A DNA stretch of 64,000 nucleotides from Styela clava (lineage: Eukaryota), in contig NC_135253.1 in NCBI RefSeq assembly GCF_964204865.1, forward strand, positions 17,856,001-17,920,000. Direction: 5' to 3'. Position 1 is the first letter of the stretch, and every line of letters starts with the position of its first letter. Below the pieces are notes generated by a model. It saw only the letters and a list, made by a program, of their open reading frames with translations. It was not told the DNA's origin and did no database searches. Position numbers and translations under genes: made by a program. This document shows, in pieces, positions 41,001 to 50,035 of this stretch.

Positions 41001-44000
41001 AACTATAATTTTTTCAAAAAAGCTTTAAAAAATCTTTACCTTGATGCTTACATTTGTCAGTAATTTTCGAGCTGTTAGGACTGTTTCTCTGACTGCTGGA
41101 CTGTCGATAAGATGAATACTGTAAAAAAAAAAATTTATTGTTAACATTTGTTTCCTTTTGCTTCATTGCTGTAATATATAGTCAATGCTAATGGCATTGT
41201 CATTATAATTATTTGTCTATGCTTAATGTTGAGTAGTATAAGCATACAATTTTCGTATGGCTATTTCTTTGTTGTAAGTCCTAGCATATACTAGAACATA
41301 AGTGCTATACCGGTACCAACAAGTTTATTTGCTGATTAATTCGCATTATTAAATTTGCCTCACTGCTTAAATTGCTCCTAATGTGACTTATTTCAACAAA
41401 ATCTTCGAAATTCTTTTCGCTCTCACCCGAATATTAGTGACTTACCCAAGATTTGTAAACAACTATTGTATTTTCCTTTTGTGGTTGTTGGGAATTCCCC
41501 TCGAGTTGTCACAGCTCTGCCGCGTCATGTTATTCATCATTTTTCTTTGTTGTTCCTGTGCTCATTTGAGCATGACATTAATACGCGCAAATGATTTATC
41601 CAATTCTATTCGCTTGACTGATTCTCTCGTTTTGTTTATTTCATTTCATGTTATTCGACTGCTCGCTTTACTGATTCTCTCGTTTTGATTGTATTTCCCA
41701 AATTGTATTCACTCTATTTTCAAAAATTAATTATTTCATGTTATTGACGTCTTCTGCTTATCTTAGCAAACACGGTGTCGCTGACACGATGACTTTATTA
41801 GTCTCTCGCGGTTCCTCGTCAATTGCGCAAATATTGTATTCCAGTATATTTTAATTGATGTTTTGTTATATATTTTGATCAATTTTGTTTGTACAATATT
41901 TCATGCACGACGAAAATAAAAATCTGAATCTGAATCTAGTGTGTGCGATGACGGCATCGAAATAAAAATTCGCGCATCTTGTGGCGGTTCCACGTTTGCG
42001 TTATTGATTTGATTGCCAAAATCATGAAGATTGCGGTCTGCTGTGACAGATTGTATACCCCTAATACTTTGCGTTCGTGCCCATATATTTGAGCACTTTT
42101 CTCTTGTTTAAAAATGTCATACTTTTGGGTAAAACAACGATCCTTCTTAAGCCAATGAGTAATTAAAAATATATAATTAATTCTTTTCTGAGAGACTCTT
42201 TCCGAATCGCTTGGCGTTAACAATTGTTCTAATAGTTGTCTCAGAAATAACAATTTAGCGAAGATTTTTGAAACCAATAGTTTTCTGTAATCTAATTCTT
42301 AATCTTCTTCTTACCACGTTAATATAACCTGATTAACTTGTAAGCCAATAAAAAATTGAAATTAGTGAAATTAGCGCTAATTTTATCTGTTTATTTTCTT
42401 CAAGTCAAAATACTGCAGTGACCCGAAGCCAAAATTCCAGCCTTCTGCTAAACGGACAATTTATCTCGGCATTGTTGAAGAAGTTTGGGATTATCTTCCC
42501 CGTAGATTCGATCATAAAGGAAATTCTGTTGATGATCCAGAGCATCTCGCTTATTTATATGCTCACCAGGAGAATGGAAAATACATAGGTTGGATTTTGA
42601 TTTCAATTTTAGTCTAAGTTTAATTCATTACAGTAATGTGGTGGTTCTGCAATTAACATGAATATGTAGATGAGAATATGAAGTTTATGAAAAACCCTAG
42701 GGCTTTGGGCGAAAGAATATTGAAAGCGCAAGCGACAACACAAGGCAGGCTGGAGTATCAGCTTTTAACTTCTTTATAGATACACTATTGTAAATTATAT
42801 ATAATTTACATTAAACGAAATATTTCATCAGTTCAAACTGATATATTTTCAAAGGATCAAAGTATAAAAAGTCTATTTTCTACGAATATACGGATGCCAC
42901 ATTCACAGTTCGAAAACCAAAACCAAAGCATCTTGGATTCGAAGGACCTATCTTGAAAATGGAAATCGGCGATGAAATAAAGGTGAAATGATACAATTTG
43001 TCGTTTTTCCCTTTCTAACAAATAACAAATTTATCCGAGGGTTATCGTTATGATCGAACTTGAATATTTTTCAAAGGTTGTTTTTAAAAATATGGCAACT
43101 ATTACGTTCAATGTACAAGCCATCGGGATACATGTGGCTGGAGTCATGCAAGGTCCTGTACCACCCGCTAAGCCAGGAGAAACCGTGACGTATACGTGGC
43201 AGGTTAGAATTTATAGTAAACAATTATTTTGTATCAAGTCCACGATTTTGCCTGTTTTAGCGTTTTCCGAGGGGCTATTGTATAGGCTACTCATAAAAAT
43301 AATACATGAGTGGATTTTTGATTCCGTAAATTGATTTCATGGTATGACGTAATTTTGCTATTTTATTTCATTACTGAAATATGAATTTGTTGATTTATGA
43401 GTCGGCTAATAACAATTCGTTACCACAACCATAGGCCTGTTTTTAACTATCATTTTCTGATTTCGGTTTGAATAAAATGTACGTTTATTTTATGTATTAT
43501 AATGTTTAAAAAAAATATTACGATACAGGTAAGACCGGAGTTGGCTCCAAATCCGGATCAACCTGATTGCTTCGCAAGTGCCTATCTTTCTTTTGTTGAC
43601 TTCAGAAGAGATGCCTACAGTGGTGCTAGAGGACCCATGGTCATATGTAGAAAAGGTGCGGAAGCTTTTATGTTCAAAATCCTTTCATTCTAATTTACTT
43701 AGAGATTCAGAAACAAGATTTAATATGCTTCTAGGAACTTTGAATCAAAAGGAAGGAGGAATGGCAGATAAAGAATTTTCTTTATTATTTTACATTACTG
43801 ATGAAAATTTGAGTCATTATGTTGATGAGAATATTCGTGAATTTGCAAAGGCTGATCCAGGAACATTTAATAAAAAAGATAAATCTTTTGTGGAAAGTAA
43901 CAAAATGAATCGTAAGTAAACGACTTTATTTTATTACTTCAATTGTTACACATTTATGAAGGCATGGTATATGATGAAGTCATATCAGTGTATTACATAG

Positions 44001-45202
44001 TCCAGTAGCCTATGCCAAAATCAATCGAACACTTTGTGTGTACTTTAAGATATTAATGGATATATGTATCATGTTCCCGAATTGAATATGAAGAGAGGAG
44101 AACTTGTGAGATGGCATTTGTTTGCAGAGGGAGAAGAAGACATTCATTCGATTCATTTCCATGCTAACGCATTTGTACACCAGTAAGTTTATTTAAAAAT
44201 TAACGCAACGTAAACGCAGTCTGCTACTAAATACGTATTTTGTATTACGCTGCTAAAATAATGTAAATAAAATTTGATCAAATAAATAATTTTTCATGAC
44301 ATATGTCTACGATTCATAGTTCCAATGCAGAAAACAAAGGCGATGTGTTTGATTTGTATACTGGGCGGTATTCTACACTCTTAATGCGACCGGATGCTGT
44401 CGGCGAATGGCTTCTACATTGCCATGTTAATACTCACGTAGATATTGGAATGGTTACAACATACACTGTTCACGACCAGACAGGTAAAAAGCAAAACTGT
44501 TATATTTTCACATTTATCCTTATCTACCATTGAATTCAGACACTCTCGTCAAGTAAAACCTATATTTTATTATAGACAACTCAATGCAATAAAGCTTCAA
44601 TATCTTTTGCAGCTATCTGTAAGCCGAAATGTAGTCCATATCGATGTGATTCCAATTCTCATATCGATTGTTCTCTTCTCGGTATTGGCAAAACATCTCA
44701 TTTATTGAGCGACAAGCTTCAGGTGAAAGTTAAGTTTGCAGAAGACGTTATTTTTGTACCCGCATCCAGCATTACTCAGTTAGACTTAAGTCACAATATG
44801 GCTCTTGGTGACGTTAAGATATTGAAAAGAACTCTGTCATATTTTCCACGACTCCACACTCTTTGGCTTAAAAACATAAATCTTATGAACCTACCAGGAG
44901 ATCTCTTCGACGAAAACAAATTCCTAAGGGTAGTGCACCTCCAGAACAATCGTATCCAATACTTTCCAGGACGGTACGCCCGCCCTACCGGAAAAATTGA
45001 AGTATTGGATCTTAGAAACAATGACGTCAAGTCAGTGTCACCAAATGTGCTTGTAGGACGAGGTAGACGATTGAAAAGATTAGATTTGCGCGGAAACAAC
45101 GAGCTTACACCTGAGTGTATGAACGCTCTCCACATCGACTGGCGTATGATGAAATTCTGTGCAGCGAGTGACAAGTTCGAAGGGATTCCGAAGTCTGGAT
45201 GA
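29066..45202 (+). CDS. MCO copy B: secreted hephaestin/ceruloplasmin-like six-domain multicopper oxidase with C-terminal LRR module (~1219 aa, 22 exons)
   Basis: Exons 29066-29184, 29477-29621, 29801-29991, 30380-30495, 32156-32262 (GC donor), 32666-32854, 33417-33546, 34040-34226, 34402-34597, 34731-34810, 34960-35090, 35654-35818, 36123-36261, 36539-36674, 42405-42588, 42855-42982, 43077-43202, 43529-43655, 43735-43911, 44050-44182, 44320-44483, 44613-45202 sum to 3660 nt and are in frame. Signal peptide; HPH and YHSH (domain 1); HSIHFH and [12 protein letters not shown] (domain 6); T1 motifs in domains 2 and 4; last exon is LRRNT plus five LxxLxLxxN-type repeats. Confidence 0.9.
33557..33801 (+). 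mobile_element. Helentron-associated (HINE/DINE-1-like) non-autonomous element
   Basis: 5' TTGGACACG, TTG/TTC microsatellite, conserved core ATTACTGGGCCAATTGCTT, 3' subterminal CGTGTC then GAGC-ata-GCTC hairpin and tcttgtt end. Further copies at 47045, 55243 and 56689. Confidence 0.6.
37027..37995 (+). CDS. LINE ORF1 (coiled coil plus RRM/CTD type)
   Basis: 322 aa from the first ATG. Coiled coil, then [47 protein letters not shown], typical of non-LTR ORF1. Confidence 0.85.
   Translation: MDTPNKPVPPKRKSPTNRPMRNTATMTNTIEVDDVSNLVTILESTVLKTLRLEIPAIIEQHLEKFTFDTSHAITNNTSVDESLSSLKESLNEIKNEVTSFSEIKREIHEIKKSQDFVSKKFEELNFNQSELTKLATKTQKRVKVLEHLVEELEEEVDILTERQQDQERRSRLDNLEFHNIPFAAGENCEQLISTLCSKIDVPLQSLDVSNCHRLSKNNIKKPSPIIAKFVNRKTRNRILTNRRRLKSLDFSTVFPKLPRATKVFVVENLSDTNKDLFFKARERKHSCGYKFLWTNNGKVLIKKNADTSTIPILNEDDLLLIK
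38073..41063 (+). CDS. LINE ORF2: APE endonuclease plus reverse transcriptase
   Basis: ~996 aa, uninterrupted. APE motifs HVNIRS, SET, GDFN, IDHI, TDHFP; RT motifs [30 protein letters not shown]. Confidence 0.97.
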   Translation: MFDLCDNVKAKGITSLKHCKEFSNCLCKNIEVSNLNDIPVDSNLTIIHVNIRSIQKNIEQLTLLLSNFSISPHIIAISETKLHKNHPANVSIDGYRFIHVPSASKSGGVGAFIRNDIMFAESSENQLNYSNCEDLWLEISLANIGIKLNIGIIYKHPKNDIPAFTSILENRLAKLAREHFIIVGDFNINLLATSSSSQITNYSNMLIAHNSTSLITKPTRVTQTSSTLIDHIYSNVTHYNLNSYVITSDITDHFPIMCCFSGAKPSVRNDLIITRDMSAFSIQDFHSDTLSLINDCFHALYLTSQNFDRKFEEFTQSFISLINHHAPLRPLSRRKKIVKLKPWITKGLLKSIHLKNKLFKSHFLKGNSIQCSYFKKYRNILTHAIDNSKQLHYQNLIAQNKGNPKSTWRIINQIANTKNNAKQKIDVIHLENGTIINDNHQIALEFNKYFSTVGSNLADKFCNDMDGFKKYLGKQVNQSIFLSPATVNELTIELATLKEGKAVGADSIPSRFLKYVADIIAPCLTDFFNSSLRFGIFPSSLKIARVIPIFKSGNTKQISNYRPISILSAIDKVFERLINRRLMNFFTKHNVINKSQFGFQSNHSTSHAILDTISHIYEKLEKKEYVSATFLDLKKAFDTVNHQILIYKLWHYGIRGVPNQLLANYLTNRTQYVQIGSHCSPSLPVTHGVPQGSCLGPTLFLIYINDLAHSSTLFSKLFADDTNLLDSDKSPGVLQSRVNTEIRKVANWMKLNKLTLNVDKSKTMLLAPHKSKPKTALKIKIESTILENVSSYKYLGIHIDNKMQWNIQITNTAVKLSRAVGMLYRLRSYTSMSTLRMVYHALFQSYLQYGIIAWGSANKTLLNRIVIIQNRAIRAITYAGPRSRLDPLYHKMRIIKMADIYKIEVLKLMHQHHNNKLPSAFTDYFVKQMSVHTYATRSAANSSYYVPRYATNRSQSTIKYMGVKLWNTLTDSIRLKNYNFFKKALKNLYLDAYICQ

Positions 45203-45613
45203 TATGTATCATGTTGCTGATAATTATCATTTCAATAACAGTGCATGCTACTGTTAGTTTATGTGTAAATATGGGGTATTTGCAGCTATTGATTTCTTTC
45301 CGCTTTTTTATTAATAATCTACAATGCATTTTGTGTTTTTATTATTTTATACGCATGTCTGCCAAATTTCAATTGTGCCGATATGTTTTAAAATTCGGGT
45401 ATAAATCAAATAATTCAGGGATCTCAATTTAGTTGCAGTAAAAATGTAATGGTTATATATAATAAATTGAAAAACACATCATCGCTTATTACTGCTATCT
45501 AGCCAACTAACGAACTGAATTTCTATGTTCAAGAAGATCAAAAAGTAACTCAGAAATAATTTAATGGGACATATACATATTTGCCAGCTTTTTTTACAAT
45601 AAAGATTTAGTTA

Positions 45614-48600
45614 TTATGCAGAGCACGCATCACATCTAGCGCCAGTGAGGCCTTGGTAGCAAGAACAGTAAACAAAATCAGGTGCGACTTCTGTCAATAC
45701 ATCATTTATTGTGTCTTCGTCCTGCACTTCACTCAGTAACTCTTCAAACTTAAGAAGATAACCTTCAAGTTTCAGAATCTGGTTGGCGCCCAAACCAAAT
45801 GACCCTTGACCGTTGTCAAGAACGCTGTCAACTTCATCTTGCAGTTGTTCAGTATCCGTAGCTAACTGTAAAAGAGTTTGCATAAAAATAGAATGCAAAT
45901 TAGAATAAACAGAATTTGAGTTAGGAAAACAAACTTATAACTGAATTATGAATCTCGAAAATTACAGTAGGTGATCGGAATTGGCATTTTCTTGAGCGTA
46001 AGGTATCTTAAATAAACGTAGCTGATGATCAAACAAATATATAAGGTCGAAAAGGGCCTTTGTTTATTTCTTCCAATGAATTCTTCATAATATGAGGCTT
46101 TCTCTCTTTATTTTTTTTTCAATTTTCATTCATTTAGCTTTCTGCCATCACAATGAAATAATAATTGAGATTACTCGATTTGTCAATAGATAGAAAACAC
46201 TTTGGAAATACATTGTGGGAATCTGTGAAGCATTAGACTAATGCCTCCTTGCGATTACGTAACATACGACATTTGAGACTGCTTTATCTTTGTAAACTTC
46301 CAAAATACAATCCAGATGTGCAACAGTTTTTTTTGGAAATATTGTGTTTGAAAAATAAATTGCTAATTTGAAATACACGCATGATCGATTGTTCTAGTAG
46401 TCAGAGTTCCGTATTATTGGCATGTGTTTTGTACGTGTATCAGCACGTCTCAAATTTTCAGTAATTTACCAGTAATTTACCGATTTTAGTTAGAAATATA
46501 CTACATACTTGTGTATTCAAAATTTGTATCATTTTTTGAGCCATTACATCAACACCAGTTTCGATTTGCTCATTACTAAGATCCAAAGTCAAACATTCTC
46601 CTCCATTCATACATCCCATCGAACTACAGAAAAACTGAGCAACGTAAAAATCTAACTCCTCCATTTCAAGTGCGTAGTGCTCTTGTTGGGTCTCTATTTG
46701 AAAAAAAAAGACAGATTTACATGGATAATAACAACAATTCGTAACATAAACAAAATTATTTTCTTAATCGTGAAACCTTGTTTTAGTTTGACTGGATTGA
46801 AGCAAAAATAACAAATACCTAATCAAACGCAAGTAAAAGTTTATAAATATTGTCTGCTGGGTTATTGCTAAATCTAAAAAGGTGCCTCTATCCGAAGAAC
46901 AAAAATATCACTCCTCGTTTAATATTAAATTAGAAATAACAAAAGAAGAAATCAAACCGTTTTTTGTTTTATTGGTAAAATTGTGAAATTTGAGATTGAA
47001 ATGTTTATTGGACGCAACAAAAGCTAATTTGAATATTAGAAAATAACAAGAGAGCTATGCTCAAATATATGGACACGGAGCGCCACCTAGCGACAATGTT
47101 TGAAGACGTCATAGCACACACAAAAACGAATCTCATACAGGCCACCGGAATATTTGAAATAAATAATAGTAATAGCCTTCTAGCAAACAATTTTATCTTC
47201 AACCAATGAAAATTTCAGAGCAATTGGTCCAGTAATCAAAGAGAAAAGCGATTTTTCAATATCGACAAGAAGAAGAATAACATGATGAAGGACAACAACA
47301 ACATGCAAACAAAACAATCGTTATGTCCACTAACGTGTCTAATTCGCTATTCCGCGATTTATAATTACTCGACTTTTATTATGCCGAAACTTATGATAGA
47401 ATTTATTTAATATTCAATCAGTCTACAATACGTACCAACGCTGCTATGTTCAACATCGCCAATATATGTAAGACCGTATATTTGTAACTCTTCCACAACT
47501 GATTGCAAACATTCTATTTTTTTCGTCTTACTGAAACCTTAAATGAAATATACACATAACATTAAAATATTCTAGTGAGTTTGAAGAGCCTTTTCTCGGG
47601 AAATTGCACAAAGAAAAATTAAATCAAGAGATAATTTTACTGCAATTTGATGTCATTATATTTCCATGTTATTTATATATATATCAAGCCATTATTTATC
47701 ACAGAAATTGTTATTCAGTCGAATTAGAGAAATAATGATCATCAGATTAGACCAATAGCCTCCCCAATCGGTTTGCTTCTTCTTCTTAGTACCTGTGGCC
47801 ATTCTACTACAAAGTTACCAAAAATATACCAAAAGTAAAGTGTTCAGAAATAATCTAATGTAATTGATAGTGAAAGTTGTGAAAGTTCACATCAAATAGT
47901 GAAAGTTCACATCTATGAAGTCACGCAAGCGATGACTTCAATATTTTTAGTTAGAAAAAAGCAGTATACGGTTCACGGAAAAAGCATTTTTATAGGTTTG
48001 CCTAAATATAATACTCACTTGATATGTCGCACTTAACAAGATTATAACCATTTGTTGATTGTGTGTAAAAGAGCTGTAGCATGACAGTCAATAATCTAGT
48101 TCTATAGTCCATAATGCAAGGAAGAGTCTAATTAAAATGCTATCACTTGAAAATTCAAAGTATAATGATATTTCAAACTTGCCCAGAAACGAAATTTTGA
48201 ATCTGCGCAAACGTTATTCCGTAATAATCATACTTCCGATAATAAATGGATATTCGCGTTACCTGAACGCATATCCTATGGTGCTCAAATGTAATCTGTA
48301 AAATTCACATATATTTCCAGGGATTTGTTAATTGCCTAATTATAATTTCAATACACTAACTAGATTTGAGTGATTGTCTTCAATTTATATTTTATGTAAT
48401 TGTGTATTATTTTTACATTTCGGTTTCTCGAGATAACGTTAATTTTAACATATTTTGTAACAACTTATTTTTCGTTGCGTTCAATTCAAACTAGAAAGTT
48501 AACTATATTCTATTCACTCTAGGTTTACATGAGTTTTATATGATATATCGGAAATACAGTGAATATTATCACAATCAACATATTATTGGCAGAAAGATTA

Positions 48601-49921
48601 TGAGGGTCATTATATTGTTCATTAGAAGATCTGTTGGCTCTGATATTTGAGTTAATTTTGAACCGTAACCTGTACATTTCCACGCTGGATATTTTCGTGA
48701 ACTTGCTCCATAAAAATCCTTCCCATACGTTACCACTGCAAAACTTTTGATGCTTATTGGAACAGCGTTTTCTCGAAATACTGTTTCATAACTATTATTT
48801 AAAAAAAAATAAAATTACACATCATTTTCATTCGAAATTACTAATAGTCATTTGATAATTTTAGTATAAAATTAGTCTTTTCTGGGTTAATTTGTGATTA
48901 CCGCAATTAAACTAAATCTTAGAGAAAGCCACAATGACTATTGTATCATTTGATTTCTACCTCAAGTAATAACAACTAGCAAAACCGAGTAAACGAGTTA
49001 ATTTATACATATCAGTAAATAGCTGTATCAGTGAAAAAATCGTTAGAGTACATTTGCATTTAACTATAATTTTGTCAAAATCATAGACTGTCATCTTACC
49101 AGGATCTTATTCACAGACTGGTCGTCTTCGAGCACGCATTGAGAGCTGAAATCTCATGCGTATCAGTAGTTATGCAACATAGTGTTTCAAATGTACTAGA
49201 TACGGCTGCGACATTGCAACAAACCGCTGGGATTTTAGTTCATTCATTTAAGACATATTCGACGAGTGTTATTATAGAGAAATTCGGAAATCGCGATATT
49301 TACTAACAAATGTACCGTGTTGACTCATCACAATCTCCTCAAACTCGTTCCATTTAAGTTCCAATTATTATAATTCCTGCATTGAATTAATATTTGCTGC
49401 TCAGCACTGTTTAAAAATGTGCTAGATACGACTGCGACATTGCAACAAACCGGTCGGATTTTAGTTCATTTATTGAACACATATTCGACGTGTGTTGTCA
49501 GAGATAAATTTGGAAATCGCGATATTTACTAACAGATGTATCTTGTTGACTCATTACACTCTCCTCAAACTCGTTCCATTTAAGTTCCAATTATTATCAT
49601 CCCTGTATTTACTTAATGTTTGCTGCTCAGCTCTGGTTAAAACACCTTGGTCACACTAGTTGCCCTCACCGAAGTCCACTTTATTTATTAGACAAATGTA
49701 CTAAGATTTTCCCATTTCTCAACTTTGGCCACGTGTAGAATGCAGATGAAATTACATCTCTAATTTGGTGGAATGCTGCTAGATTTATGACTGAAAGTGT
49801 TTTTTACGTATGCCTGCCTACATTGACATTTTTAAACTCTGTTTTAATAGCAAAATATTTGTTTTTAACCAACGAGCCAGCTGGTAAAAAATAGTAACAA
49901 TGTTGTTACAGTGAGCAACAT
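45614..49921 (-). CDS. Uncharacterised, probably secreted protein with a split EGF-like domain; 5' half of the model uncertain and possibly disrupted
   Basis: Confident phase-compatible last exons 47530-47436, 46693-46509, 45865-45614 encode ...FCSSMGCMNGGEC-[94 aa]-CSCYQGLTGARCDACSA*. Tentative upstream exons 49145-49100, 49022-48961, 48735-48670, 48295-48263 (plus possibly 48073-48019) chain in frame. Candidate signal-peptide exon from ATG 49921 (MLLTVTTLLLFFTSWL). I could not find a stop-free path from it to 49145. Confidence 0.6.
47045..47342 (-). mobile_element. HINE-like element, copy 2
   Basis: Reverse complement of the 33557-33801 element (aacaagagagctatgctcaaatatatggacacg ... gtccactaacgtgtctaat). 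Confidence 0.65.
49187..49640. repeat. Tandem duplication, 2 x ~226 bp
   Basis: ctagatacg.ctgcgacattgcaacaaacc...ctcctcaaactcgttccatttaagttccaattatt...tttgctgctcagc occurs twice with period 226. Confidence 0.9.
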
Positions 49922-49949
49922 GCTAGAATGAGTTTAAATATATTTTATT
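49922..49949 (-). promoter_or_regulatory. Candidate intercistronic junction: poly(A) signal of copy C followed by a splice acceptor and ATG of the next gene
   Basis: Minus strand reads AATAAA (49949-49944), 19 nt, AG (49924-49923), c, ATG (49921). Confidence 0.45.
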
Positions 49950-50035
49950 TTTGAATGTATATTTCACCAGAAAATATGTGGATAACATGATAACAGCACA
50001 AAGTTTTATGTTAATTAATTACAATAATTGCACTT

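Larger units (their letters stand above)
36765..41937 (+). mobile_element. Full-length CR1/L2-group (Crack/Daphne-like) non-LTR retrotransposon in intron 14 of copy B
   Basis: Two intact ORFs, ~0.87 kb 3' UTR, AATAAA plus (AATCTG)n tail, candidate TSD ATCTAGT (36758-36764 / 41934-41940). The 5' boundary is tentative. Confidence 0.9.

Noticed and set aside
45199-45432. Signal-peptide-like ORF right after the copy B stop
   Set aside because: Lies in the presumed 3' UTR with no poly(A)/acceptor junction and only ~400 bp before the convergent gene; likely compositional.
49100-49145. In-frame TGA suggesting selenocysteine (ALNACSKTTSL-TGA-IRSC)
   Set aside because: Another frame (SQCVLEDDQSVNKIL) is open and chains with the next exons; no convincing SECIS seen after 45614.
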